From: Desulfobulbaceae bacterium
GTDB lineage: Bacteria > Desulfobacterota > Desulfobulbia > Desulfobulbales > SURF-16
Length of the DNA stretch: 64,000 nucleotides
Direction of reading: 5' to 3'
Assembly (NCBI GenBank): GCA_027859235.1
Contig: JAQIBE010000263.1
Location: forward strand, 3,568 to 67,567
Part shown: positions 1 through 9,378 of the stretch, piece after piece
Layout of the letters: each line of letters starts with the position of its first letter
Position numbering within the stretch: the stretch's first letter is position 1
Notes under the pieces: generated by a model
Database searches by the model: none
What the model was told of the DNA's origin: nothing
The model's input: only the letters and a program-made list of their open reading frames with translations
Translations under genes and position numbers: made by a program

Positions 1-5
1 GACGA

Positions 6-1253
6 ATGTGGAGAATGAATATGAATGGTGAAATCCTTGCCATTGGCAATGAACTGACCTCCGGGCGAATTATTAATTCCACCAGCTATTTTGCCGCAAG
101 TCATCTCTTTGCTGCAGGCCATAAGGTTGCAGCCATGGCCACGGTGGGTGATGATCCAAAACATATTGGCGAGGCACTTTTAAAGGCCATTCGTCGCGCT
201 GATTTCGTTGTGGTTACCGGGGGGTTGGGTTCCACCACGGATGATATTACCTCAGAAGCGGTTTCTGATGCCCTGGATCTGCCCCAGACCCTGTATCCTG
301 ACGTTCTTAATCTTATTAAAGAATGTGCGACGTTTCAAGAGATGCCTGCCATGGAAAAGATGGCCTGGCTCCCCTCCGGGGCTGAGGTGTTAAAGCCCGG
401 GGGGAAAATATCAGGGTTTATGCTCGTTTATGCCCAAAAGCCTATCTTTTTTCTGCCTGGTGTTCCTAAGCAGATGCGGGAGCTTATGCTGGATCGGGTT
501 ATCCCGCGGCTTGCCACGTGGCAGGAAAATTCTTTTTCCCTGGTACATCAGAAGCTCTTCAAGGTCTTCGGCCTGGAGGAAGCGGTGATTAATGACCGCC
601 TGGCTCATATAGAGGAAGGGGGTGATCATGTTCTTATCGGTTATTATCCCATGGGAGCTGAGGTGCATGTGAGTTTGACCGTGCGGGGGGAGAGCGCCGG
701 TCAGGCAGACAGCTTGTTTAAAGAAATGGCTGCGAAGATATCCTCTGCCCTTAGTGATGTGATTTATGGATATAATAATGAGACCATGTCTTCGGTGACA
801 GGGGCATTGCTTGCCCAAAAAGGGTTGAGTCTTGGCTGCGCTGAATCGTGCACAGGTGGTTTGATGTCCCATATGGTTACAGGTGTTGCTGGAAGTTCAC
901 AATATTTTCGCGGCGGCGTGGTGGCCTATGCCAATGGGGTGAAGGAGCAGATCCTGGGGGTGTCCAACCAAACATTGACGGGTTCCGGAACCGTGAGTGA
1001 AAAAACAGCCCTGGAAATGGCGCAGGGTGTGCGTGGTGTTACAAATGCCGATATTGGTCTTTCTATAACGGGTGTCGCAGGTCCTGGTGGCGGCACAGAG
1101 GAAAAACCTGTGGGGACAGTCTGCTTTGGCCTGGTATCCGAAACGAAAAGAGCAGGCTACACCTTCCATTTTTCTGGTACACGGGCCATGATCCAGGGGG
1201 CGGCTGCCACCATGGGGCTTGATCTGGTGCGCAGGCATCTCCTCGGCCTGTAG
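6..1253 (+). CDS. cinA: CinA-family protein (MoCF-type N-domain fused to PncC-like nicotinamide-nucleotide amidohydrolase domain)
   Basis: 415-aa ORF. GEILAIGNELTSGRIINSTS and VVVTGGLGSTTDD fit the CinA N-domain. LGCAESCTGGL...GLSITGVAGPGGG fits the CinA C-terminal deamidase domain. The true start may be ATG at 15 or 21. Confidence 0.85.
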   Translation: MWRMNMNGEILAIGNELTSGRIINSTSYFAASHLFAAGHKVAAMATVGDDPKHIGEALLKAIRRADFVVVTGGLGSTTDDITSEAVSDALDLPQTLYPDVLNLIKECATFQEMPAMEKMAWLPSGAEVLKPGGKISGFMLVYAQKPIFFLPGVPKQMRELMLDRVIPRLATWQENSFSLVHQKLFKVFGLEEAVINDRLAHIEEGGDHVLIGYYPMGAEVHVSLTVRGESAGQADSLFKEMAAKISSALSDVIYGYNNETMSSVTGALLAQKGLSLGCAESCTGGLMSHMVTGVAGSSQYFRGGVVAYANGVKEQILGVSNQTLTGSGTVSEKTALEMAQGVRGVTNADIGLSITGVAGPGGGTEEKPVGTVCFGLVSETKRAGYTFHFSGTRAMIQGAAATMGLDLVRRHLLGL

Positions 1254-1404
1254 CGGCTTTTCCCTGCGTTACTCCATGTTCGTTTTTTATTCTGTTGATC
1301 AGGTCAAAAACATTTTGATTGCAGGGGTGGAAACGGGTATGTTGACGGATTCTTCAGGGGCTTAAGGGTCTCATCATTACCAATTTTACTTAAATGACAT
1401 AGAT

Positions 1405-2262
1405 ATGTATTTTCAAGACATTATATTTGAACTGAATAAATACTGGGCAGAGCAGGGGTGTGTCATTATGCAACCCTACGATATGGAGGTTGGGGCCGGG
1501 ACATTTCACCCTGCAACCTTATTACGTGCCCTTGGGTCTAAACCGTGGAAGGCCGCCTATGTGCAACCTTCCAGGCGGCCAACGGATGGTCGCTATGGCG
1601 AAAATCCCAACCGTTTGCAGCATTATTACCAGTACCAGGTGGTCATGAAGCCGTCGCCGGCCAATCCCCAGGAGTTGTATCTTGGAAGCCTGGAACGTTT
1701 CAACCTTGACCTCCTCAGCCATGATATCCGTTTTGTTGAGGATGACTGGGAATCACCCACCCTGGGTGCCAGTGGACTTGGCTGGGAGGTGTGGCTAGAT
1801 GGCATGGAGATAACCCAGTTTACCTATTTTCAGATGGCAGGTTCCCAGGAATTAAAGCCCGTAACCGTGGAGATCACCTATGGCCTTGAACGTATTGCCA
1901 TGTATCTGCAGGGGGTGAATTCAGTCTATGATCTTGACTGGAATGAAAACACAAAATATGGCGAAATCTTTCTGGAGAATGAAAAACAATTTTCTGCCTT
2001 CAATTTTGAATATGCCAATGTGGAATTTTTGAGTGGTTACTTTGACTCCTGTGAAGCCGAGGCCCATAAACTGGTGGGGGTGGGTCTTCCTTTGCCCGCC
2101 TATGACTATTGCTTGAAATGTTCCCATACCTTTAACCTGCTGGATGCCAGAAAGGCCATATCCGTAGCTGAACGGACCCGTTATATTGGCCGTATCCGTG
2201 CCATTGCCCGTAATGTGGCTGATGCTATGGTGGCTAAGGAAAAGGAAGTGGAAGAGAGGTGA
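1405..2262 (+). CDS. glyQ: glycine--tRNA ligase alpha subunit
   Basis: 285-aa [22 protein letters not shown]...[26 protein letters not shown] is the highly conserved GlyRS alpha chain. It ends in TGA. No glyS follows it. Confidence 0.95.
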   Translation: MYFQDIIFELNKYWAEQGCVIMQPYDMEVGAGTFHPATLLRALGSKPWKAAYVQPSRRPTDGRYGENPNRLQHYYQYQVVMKPSPANPQELYLGSLERFNLDLLSHDIRFVEDDWESPTLGASGLGWEVWLDGMEITQFTYFQMAGSQELKPVTVEITYGLERIAMYLQGVNSVYDLDWNENTKYGEIFLENEKQFSAFNFEYANVEFLSGYFDSCEAEAHKLVGVGLPLPAYDYCLKCSHTFNLLDARKAISVAERTRYIGRIRAIARNVADAMVAKEKEVEER

Positions 2263-2271
2263 CAGCCGAAA

Positions 2272-2370
2272 TGGCGGAAGTGCATGGGAATCGAACCCAC
2301 CTACCAGGCTATTAACCCAGTACATCAGATTTGAAATCTGAGAGGGCCACCAGTGCCCTTACCACTTCCG
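2272..2370 (-). tRNA. selC: tRNA-Sec (anticodon UCA)
   Basis: The reverse complement reads GGAAGTGGTAAGGGCACTGGTGGCCCTCTCAGATTTCAAATCTGATGTACTGGGTTAATAGCCTGGTAGGTGGGTTCGATTCCCATGCACTTCCGCCA. It has a TCAGA/TCTGA anticodon stem, loop TTTCAAA (UCA), a long variable arm, an extended D-stem, G73 and an encoded CCA. The GGAAG start is as in E. coli selC. Confidence 0.85.
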
Positions 2371-2550
2371 TGTGTGCTTGTTGAGGTGAGTAAGATAGTT
2401 TTTATTCCGCTGGGAAGCAACTTTTTTTTAGGATTTGCAGCGAAACTCCGTGAATTTTCATTATGGATGCTGTAAGTAGATGCGCTAGTGTTATTTTTGG
2501 CTATAGATTGTATGTAAAATAAGAACAAATTCGGGTGCGTAGAGTCAGTT

Positions 2551-3054
2551 ATGGAATGTAAACGTTTAAATAGAATGATTCGTGATTGGTATGTGCAGGT
2601 GCAGGATGAAACATTGGCACCGGCTCGAATGGTTGAATTTATGCAGGATCATGCTGCTACCTGTGATACCTGTTTTGTTGATCCCAATATTGATGAGGAA
2701 ATTAAGAAGATCATCGCCATTGTCCTGCCGCCATCGAAGATGACGAAGAAGCCTAAGAAGAAGATCGCATCCTTAGAGCCGACGGCAGCAGCCCTTGCAG
2801 CTATTGAAGCTGGAAAAGATGCTGCCGTTAAATCTGATGCTGACGATGATGCTGACGATGATGATGAAATTGAAGTCGGCGATGATGACGACGACGATGA
2901 TGATAAAAGCAAAGTCGGCGATGATGACGATGACGATGATAAAAGCGAAGTTGGCGATGCTGACGACGATGATGATAAAATCAAAGTTGGCAAGGCCGAT
3001 AGTGATAGTGATACCCCGGATGTCCCTTCCTTAGAGGATGCCGATCTGAAATAG
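2551..3054 (+). CDS. zf-HC2 (anti-sigma-like HxxxCxxC) domain protein with a poly-Asp repeat tail
   Basis: 167-aa ORF. The N-terminus contains HAATCDTC (H-x3-C-x2-C, the ZAS motif). The C-half is DDDDDDDDKSKVGDDDDDDDKSEVGDADDDDDKIKVG repeats. No transmembrane segment is visible. Confidence 0.6.
   Translation: MECKRLNRMIRDWYVQVQDETLAPARMVEFMQDHAATCDTCFVDPNIDEEIKKIIAIVLPPSKMTKKPKKKIASLEPTAAALAAIEAGKDAAVKSDADDDADDDDEIEVGDDDDDDDDKSKVGDDDDDDDKSEVGDADDDDDKIKVGKADSDSDTPDVPSLEDADLK
2872..3012 (+). repeat. imperfect 36-39 nt tandem coding repeats (about 3.5 units) encoding (E/K)VGD-polyAsp-K(S/I)
   Basis: The units are gaagtcggcgatgatgacgacgacgatgatgataaaagc, aaagtcggcgatgatgacgatgacgatgataaaagc, gaagttggcgatgctgacgacgatgatgataaaatc, and a partial fourth. 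Confidence 0.6.
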
Positions 3055-3121
3055 CATTGCAGTTGTCTTGTATAACAGAAACAGGGTTGCAAAATTTAAT
3101 TTTTGCAATCCTGTTTTGCGT

Positions 3122-6100
3122 TTACATGGGGAGGATATGCACTTCTTCCTTAAATGGATGTCTGCCTTTAATAAATAAGCCTTTTCTGCCGTCGATTGAG
3201 ATCCAGTCGCCAAAACGAATGGTATGTTCGTTGATATGACATTCCTGTTCTGCTTCAAAGACCTTCATGGAGCGGCACCCCACTACACAGGTTTTCTGCA
3301 AACGCAGGGCGATGACTGAGGCATGGGAGGTTTGGCCGCCCCGTGCAGTGAGTAACCCGTCCGCTGTTGAAATCTCCTTGATATCTTCCGGTACGGTGTC
3401 CTGGCGAATAAGGATGAGTGGTGTGTCCGGTTCTTTGGCCCGTAATTCAAGAATATTGTCAGCCGTAAAGACAGCTCGACCTGAAAGAGCTGACCCCCCC
3501 ACACCAATACCCTTCCCTAATATATTCTTGGAAAAATTACCATTGTCGAGGAACACATTGAACTGTTCCCGCTTCTTAATGGTAATCATATCCCGTGTCT
3601 GCAGGATATGCAGATCATCCTTTGCCAACCCCTCAAAGGTGAATTCAATCTCCTGGGGGTTCCATTGTTTTTCATACACGAGGTTTCTGGCAATTACCAG
3701 AAGCTCTTCGTACACGGCCGGGGCCTTGATTTCGAGACTGGACTCAATGGGCCTCCCATCAAGCCCGGCCTGTTCTGCTGAAATGGGATTGGTGCTCACA
3801 AGGCCGCTGACAATATCTTCGCCCTGATCACCATTGGCGTAATCACCCCATAATGCCACCCGTCGTACCTGGCGATAGGGGTGGGCGGTGAAGACAACGC
3901 CGCTGCCTGAATCCTGACTCGTGTTGCCGTACACCATGGACTGAACAATGACAGCGGTTCCCCAATAATCAGAGACCCCCATGAGATTACGGTAATCCTT
4001 TGTCTTTGTCTGGTCCCATGATGAGAAAACCATAGCAATGGATGCAAGGAGTTGGATCCATGGGTCATCAGGGATACCGATGCCTAAGCTACGTATCTTC
4101 TGTTGATAGGACAGGGCCAGTTCTTCCATTTGCTTGGGGGTGAATTGTGCCTTCCTGGAGATACCGTATTTGTCTTTGGCCTTATTCATCAGGGCTTGGA
4201 ACTCTTCACGGTCAATGTTGCAGCACATGGCCCACGATTGGAGAAAGCGCCGGTAATTATCCCAGGCCAGAAACTGTTGGTCTTTTGTCCGGGCCATGGC
4301 CCGGACAATCTCTTCGTTTAAGCCGATATTATGGATGGTGGCCATCATGCCCGGCATGGAAATGGACGCCCCGCTGCGCACTGAAACGAAGAGCGGGTTG
4401 GTGGTGCTGCCGTATTTTTTGCCGCTCTCTTCTTCCAGTTGCGTCAGGGCCTCTCTGATGCGGTGGATGTAATCTGCCTTGGCCTGGGGGAAGGCTTGAA
4501 TAACCGACCAGCAGCGAAAGACCTCTGTGGTAATAACAAAGCCCGGGGGAACAGGTTTGTTGTCCCCCTTGAGCAGGGTGAGGTTGAACCCCTTGTTGCC
4601 GAGGAGAACCAGGTTTTTGGCGGTGGCGTTGGTCTGACCCAGGTGATGGAGGATTTTATCCGTATTATAGGTCATGAGCAGGTCGAGCTGCTCTTCGGAA
4701 AGGCGTTCCCGCTGGCGTACCAGGGTCTGGTAGACATTGGTGATGAAGTTGTCGAGATGCTGCAACCCAAAGGTGGTGGCGATGAGGTCACGCATGAACG
4801 CCTCTGAGAGCTGAAGAATATTATTCGGTTCGCTGGTGTCCTCGCTTGGCTTGAGCATATTGCGATATTTTGCCAGGAGGCTGGGGCTGCTTATCTGGGG
4901 GATGATAATAGAGAGATTGTTTTGGTGAATATTGGTGTAATTGGCGTAAATGACATCCTTCACCCCTTCGGAAAGGCCCTTGAAGATATCCAGGTATTGG
5001 GTGTAGGAGAATCGTTCAAGTCCCAGGGAGTTTGACAGGAGTGAGACATAGGTCTCCAGTTTACGGCTGGTGATGCCGTCGATACGCAGGGCGCGGATGT
5101 ATAGCCGCAGACATTTCACCACGCGGATAAATGTGGCCTTGGTAATGAAGTGGGACGGGATCATATCCGGCATTTTTTCCAGATAGATATTGGCGAGATT
5201 TTCCAGCCGGAAGGTCAGACTCAGCGCATCAAATTTTTTCTCCCGATATCTGCCGTAGACAGAGGGGATATCCACCGCAATATGCCGTTTATGAAAGATG
5301 TCTTCCCGGGCTGTAAAGATCTCCTCGCTGAGGATGATGGCTTTAAGCTTTTCAAGATGGACAAGGAGGGAGTTCAAACATTGGAAGTTGTCGCACAGGA
5401 CTAGATCTTCCAGCAACGGCTGCAGCTCAGGGAAACCCGTTGCCACTGCTTCTTGAAGTTGCTGCCGGATTTCCTGAAAGCCGAGGTTATATTTTTGATC
5501 CAGTAGTTTATACATCTCAACCAGGAGGCTAAAGCGGTTGCGCTCACCTTCATTGAGGTCCACCTGCAGGTTGAGGAACTTCTGCAGCCGTTGCTGGTCA
5601 ATGAGGAGCAGATCCTCTTCTCTTTTCACCTTGGAGAGCTGAAAGATCCGTTTGGTGAGGAGATGGAGATGGTCAACAAAGGGCCCCGATGTAGAGATCT
5701 GGGCCATGATTTCTGCGGGGAGGTACTCCTGCAGGTGGGATTTGTCCAGGGTATGCCAGAAACGGACAATTCCACGGATGAAGTCGACAATGAGGTTCGA
5801 GCTTTCCACATGGGACTGCTTGCGCAGGAAATGGATGAGAATGTCCTTACGCTTATGGATCTCGTCAATTTCGGTTGAGACATCACGCAACTTTCCCTCT
5901 GCGCCAATTTCATTAAAGAACACCGGCATGAGTTTGGTGAATTGTTTCACCAGGTTATACACCGGTTCAATGGGATAGTTGAGCAGACCCGTGATGTCAC
6001 GCTGGAAAAGGTCGGTATCCTTGACGCAGGTGCCGGTGAATTTGATATTGATGATGAGGGCGGAAAAGAGGGTGGCGCACCATTTCGGCTCCTGACCGAT

Positions 6101-7354
6101 GAGATGGAGCCACGCCCGGACATTGGTCAGGTGAGCGGGGTTGGTGATGGGCTGCCACTCTTCATCCACCCCGGCAACATTGGCGTATTGAAAACCGAAG
6201 CGCACCGCCTCCCAGAGGAATGTTTCGGCAAGTCTCGATGAGCCACGGGTGAACACCTCGGAGCCCAGCACCTGAATGCATTGCAACGAGGTGTGTGGGT
6301 ACCGTTTCACATTATCCTTCAGCAGCTGCATGGTGGTGAGGAGAAAGGATTCAATCTCCTCGTAGGGCTGTTTATGAATCAGGCTCACAAGGGAGCGGTT
6401 GATCTCGCGCAGTGATTCCTCATGAATGAGGTACAGCCCTGATGTGTCCATGATCCGAAACAGGAATATCAGCTTGCGGGTTTCCACATAGCGGTCATCC
6501 TTAGCCTTATCTGGATCAAGGGTTGTCATGAGCTGGGAGGGGATATCCTTATAAAAGCGGACGATATCCATGTGGGACGGGAGCTCCAGCAAGGTCTGGA
6601 GAGAATCTTTTCCCTTGATTGTAATGGTTCTGGCACAATCCAGATGGGCCGCGATCTGCTCGTGAGAAATCGCTGAAAACCGTGAGCCTGCCTGCCAATC
6701 CGTGCAGCGGGTTCCGCATTCCTTTTGAAACCACGGCAGGGGATCTTCTTCGCCGAGCCAATAGGTGTAATTTAAGACGAGTACTCTTTGGAAGAGACTT
6801 GTACAGGATCTTAGGTCAAAGTCCGGGTTGTTTTCGCTGTAGCGCAGTAAGGTCTGCGCCATTTTTTTCATGGGGTGATGCCCCTGGACCATGAACATCA
6901 TGGCTGCATCGTCAAGGGTTTCCATGGCCTTGAAGAATTGATCCACTGGTCTCTGGAAGTCCAGCAGACGATTTTCCACCATGGACAGGAACTTCTGCAC
7001 GTAGGCCAGTAATGACTCCATTCCCAGCCCCACGAGCTGATCATTCTTCTGCACCTCGGAGATGGCCTGGAGGAATATGCCGGTGAAAAGAGTGAAACTC
7101 TCGGCAACATTATCATGTTTTGCGTAGATTGGACTGTTTTTCAGAACAAAGGTGCGAAGTTTGGGGAGGAGTAAGGTCCAGTTGCGGAACGGGTGACATA
7201 TCTCCAGGAGCAGGTCTTCAATATTACGGTGGATGCCGCGGTAGTCGGCAACCATCTCGCAGAGGGGGATGAGTTCAGGTGTAATAACAACCTCGTCAAC
7301 GGCTGTTTCCTGAAGGTTTGCCTTGAGGGCGTTGGATGTGTGTTCTGTGGGCAT
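3122..7354 (-). CDS. large PEP-utilising-enzyme-family protein (PPDK-type nucleotide-binding domain plus phosphohistidine swivel domain, long novel N-terminus, no PEP/pyruvate TIM-barrel)
   Basis: 1410-aa ORF. LLGNKGFNLTLLKGDNKPVPPGFVITTEVF fits the PPDK/PpsA ATP-grasp N-domain. The C-terminal TARGGQTSHASVIALRLQKTCVVGC is the PEP-utilising mobile-domain His motif. The first ~870 aa are unrecognised. Confidence 0.75.
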   Translation of the reverse strand: MPTEHTSNALKANLQETAVDEVVITPELIPLCEMVADYRGIHRNIEDLLLEICHPFRNWTLLLPKLRTFVLKNSPIYAKHDNVAESFTLFTGIFLQAISEVQKNDQLVGLGMESLLAYVQKFLSMVENRLLDFQRPVDQFFKAMETLDDAAMMFMVQGHHPMKKMAQTLLRYSENNPDFDLRSCTSLFQRVLVLNYTYWLGEEDPLPWFQKECGTRCTDWQAGSRFSAISHEQIAAHLDCARTITIKGKDSLQTLLELPSHMDIVRFYKDIPSQLMTTLDPDKAKDDRYVETRKLIFLFRIMDTSGLYLIHEESLREINRSLVSLIHKQPYEEIESFLLTTMQLLKDNVKRYPHTSLQCIQVLGSEVFTRGSSRLAETFLWEAVRFGFQYANVAGVDEEWQPITNPAHLTNVRAWLHLIGQEPKWCATLFSALIINIKFTGTCVKDTDLFQRDITGLLNYPIEPVYNLVKQFTKLMPVFFNEIGAEGKLRDVSTEIDEIHKRKDILIHFLRKQSHVESSNLIVDFIRGIVRFWHTLDKSHLQEYLPAEIMAQISTSGPFVDHLHLLTKRIFQLSKVKREEDLLLIDQQRLQKFLNLQVDLNEGERNRFSLLVEMYKLLDQKYNLGFQEIRQQLQEAVATGFPELQPLLEDLVLCDNFQCLNSLLVHLEKLKAIILSEEIFTAREDIFHKRHIAVDIPSVYGRYREKKFDALSLTFRLENLANIYLEKMPDMIPSHFITKATFIRVVKCLRLYIRALRIDGITSRKLETYVSLLSNSLGLERFSYTQYLDIFKGLSEGVKDVIYANYTNIHQNNLSIIIPQISSPSLLAKYRNMLKPSEDTSEPNNILQLSEAFMRDLIATTFGLQHLDNFITNVYQTLVRQRERLSEEQLDLLMTYNTDKILHHLGQTNATAKNLVLLGNKGFNLTLLKGDNKPVPPGFVITTEVFRCWSVIQAFPQAKADYIHRIREALTQLEEESGKKYGSTTNPLFVSVRSGASISMPGMMATIHNIGLNEEIVRAMARTKDQQFLAWDNYRRFLQSWAMCCNIDREEFQALMNKAKDKYGISRKAQFTPKQMEELALSYQQKIRSLGIGIPDDPWIQLLASIAMVFSSWDQTKTKDYRNLMGVSDYWGTAVIVQSMVYGNTSQDSGSGVVFTAHPYRQVRRVALWGDYANGDQGEDIVSGLVSTNPISAEQAGLDGRPIESSLEIKAPAVYEELLVIARNLVYEKQWNPQEIEFTFEGLAKDDLHILQTRDMITIKKREQFNVFLDNGNFSKNILGKGIGVGGSALSGRAVFTADNILELRAKEPDTPLILIRQDTVPEDIKEISTADGLLTARGGQTSHASVIALRLQKTCVVGCRSMKVFEAEQECHINEHTIRFGDWISIDGRKGLFIKGRHPFKEEVHILPM

Positions 7355-7451
7355 GGCTTAATGAAAGGTAAAAGGTGAAAGGTGAGGGGTGAGGGGGGTG
7401 GGGAGGAGTGGAGTGCGAAATCTCCTCCCTCCTCACTCTTAACACCTGACG

Positions 7452-8456
7452 TTAAAGGATCTTCTGACGTTCCATGAGCAGGATCAGGTCAAGCACGCGG
7501 TTGGAATAGCCCCACTCGTTGTCATACCAGGAAAGTATTTTGACCATATTGCCGATGACCTTGGTGGATTGGCCGTCAACCACAGAAGAATGCGGATTGC
7601 CCTTATAGTCGATGGATACCAGCGGTTCATCTGAATAGCCGAGATAACGGTTTGCTGCCTCCTTCAGGGCCGCATTTACTTCAGGTACGGTGGTTTCTTT
7701 TTCCACCTCTATGACCGCATCCACCAGGGATACATTGGGGGTTGGGACCCGTATCGCCAGCCCGTCAAACTTTCCTTTTAATTCGGGAAGAACCAGGGAT
7801 ACGGCGGCGGCTGCCCCGGTGTTGGTTGGAATCATAGACATGGCCGCGGCTCTGGCGCGGCGCAGGTCGCCATGGGGGAAATCCAGCAGACGCTGATCGC
7901 CTGTGTAGGCATGCACCGTGGTCATGAGTCCTTTTTTGATGCCGAATTTGTCGAGAATGACCTTGGCAAAAGGCGCCAGACAGTTGGTGGTGCACGAGGC
8001 ATTGGAAACAATATGATCGGTGGCAGGATCATACTCATGGTCATTGACACCCATGACAATGGTGCGCAGATTCCCCTTGGCGGGTGCGGAGATAATGACC
8101 TTCTGGGCGCCTCCATCCAGATGGGCCCCGGCTTTTTCGTCGGTGCAGAAGAGCCCTGTGGATTCAACAACGTAATCCGCGCCACCAGTGGACCATGGTA
8201 TGTCCGATGGGCTGCGGTGGTTGGTGATCATGATCTCCCGGCCGTCAACCATGATGCCTTTCTCGGTGGCGGCCACCTCCCTATTATAGACCCCCATGAT
8301 CGAATCATATTTAAGGAGGTGGGCTGTGGTTTTATTATCTGTGAGATCATTGATTGCCACAATCTCAATGTCTTTAAAGAGCGGGTCAAGATCAATAGCC
8401 CGAAAAATATTACGTCCGATACGGCCAAAACCGTTAATCCCAACTTTGATAGTCAT
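7452..8456 (-). CDS. gap: type I glyceraldehyde-3-phosphate dehydrogenase
   Basis: 334-aa ORF with KVGINGFGRIGRNIFRA and the SNASCTTNCLAP active-site motif. Confidence 0.95.
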   Translation of the reverse strand: MTIKVGINGFGRIGRNIFRAIDLDPLFKDIEIVAINDLTDNKTTAHLLKYDSIMGVYNREVAATEKGIMVDGREIMITNHRSPSDIPWSTGGADYVVESTGLFCTDEKAGAHLDGGAQKVIISAPAKGNLRTIVMGVNDHEYDPATDHIVSNASCTTNCLAPFAKVILDKFGIKKGLMTTVHAYTGDQRLLDFPHGDLRRARAAAMSMIPTNTGAAAAVSLVLPELKGKFDGLAIRVPTPNVSLVDAVIEVEKETTVPEVNAALKEAANRYLGYSDEPLVSIDYKGNPHSSVVDGQSTKVIGNMVKILSWYDNEWGYSNRVLDLILLMERQKIL

Positions 8457-8559
8457 GGTGGATCTCCTGCTTTTTTTAAGATGAAGATTGCAAGTTAAAA
8501 CTGCGGTGCTGGAGGTGCGAGGGGGTGAGCCTCCAGCGCCTTACCTGGGTTTGTCTGCT

Positions 8560-8580
8560 GTGATAAAAAAAGTTTATCAC
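8560..8580. promoter_or_regulatory. palindrome GTGATAAA-aaaag-TTTATCAC about 100 nt upstream of gap (possible operator)
   Basis: 8-bp perfect inverted arms seen directly. Function not established. Confidence 0.25.
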
Positions 8581-8620
8581 ACCTGTTTTAGGATCGCGTC
8601 ATAGTTTGCAAAAAAAAAGA

Positions 8621-9346
8621 CTAGTTTTTCAGGTGATCCCGGTCGCGCAGCATGGCGCGGATGATATAGGTTTGCCGCCTGGGTTCGGAAAGATCAGGGT
8701 TGATGGCAAGGGACTCTTCGTAGGCCTTGAGAGATTCTGGCAGCCACTGGCCCATGAAATAACTCTTTCCGGCCTGGACATAGCCAGCCTCTGGTTGATA
8801 GGGGAACATATGGCTGAATAGTTCCAGGGTTGATTTGCCCCATAAGGACTGTCCCAGTTCTTCTTCAATGAGAAGACGCAGGAGGAGGTCATTGCCCGTT
8901 TGCTCCGCAAGCATGAGGTATAGCAGCTCGTTGGCCTTGGCAAAGAGAAGGGACAGGGTTGCAGCCTGTTGGTGTATCTCCTCAATGGTTGTGTCAATGA
9001 AACCGGTCTGGCTGGTGTCAGCTGGTTCTGCGGTCAGGGTTCCCGTGTGAAACCGCACCATATTGATGTTTGCCTGCAGCTTTATTGCGGCATGGAAGAG
9101 CGCTTGCACACTCCAGTTGAGGCGCTGGCTATGTGGTTCAGCGAAGCTGTTTTCGCTCCAAAGACTATGGCTGAGATCGTTGAGTTGGTGGAGGGACTCT
9201 GGTCCCACGGGGAGATCCATGGTTGGTATTTTGGTCCCCCTGTTGTGGAGGAACTCCTCGTGTTGGTCTGCAAACTCTGTGTAATTCGTGCAGAAAAGGG
9301 CGTAAAATTTGCGGATGAAATAATTGCGCCGTCTGGAAAGCCACAT
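8621..9346 (-). CDS. hypothetical protein (helical, TPR-like C-terminus)
   Basis: The ORF track gives 8621..9439, but that start overlaps glgA by 61 nt. ATG at 9346 (MWLSRRRNYF) avoids the overlap. No family recognised. Confidence 0.5.
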   Translation of the reverse strand: MWLSRRRNYFIRKFYALFCTNYTEFADQHEEFLHNRGTKIPTMDLPVGPESLHQLNDLSHSLWSENSFAEPHSQRLNWSVQALFHAAIKLQANINMVRFHTGTLTAEPADTSQTGFIDTTIEEIHQQAATLSLLFAKANELLYLMLAEQTGNDLLLRLLIEEELGQSLWGKSTLELFSHMFPYQPEAGYVQAGKSYFMGQWLPESLKAYEESLAINPDLSEPRRQTYIIRAMLRDRDHLKN

Positions 9347-9378
9347 GTTGGCCGGCAGCTTATCTGGGCCGGTGAAGG

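Noticed and set aside
1405-2262. glyQ without an adjacent glyS, as possibly linked to the Gly-like suppressor tRNA
   Set aside because: glyS can simply be encoded elsewhere. The observation is noted, but there is no sequence evidence here for a functional link.
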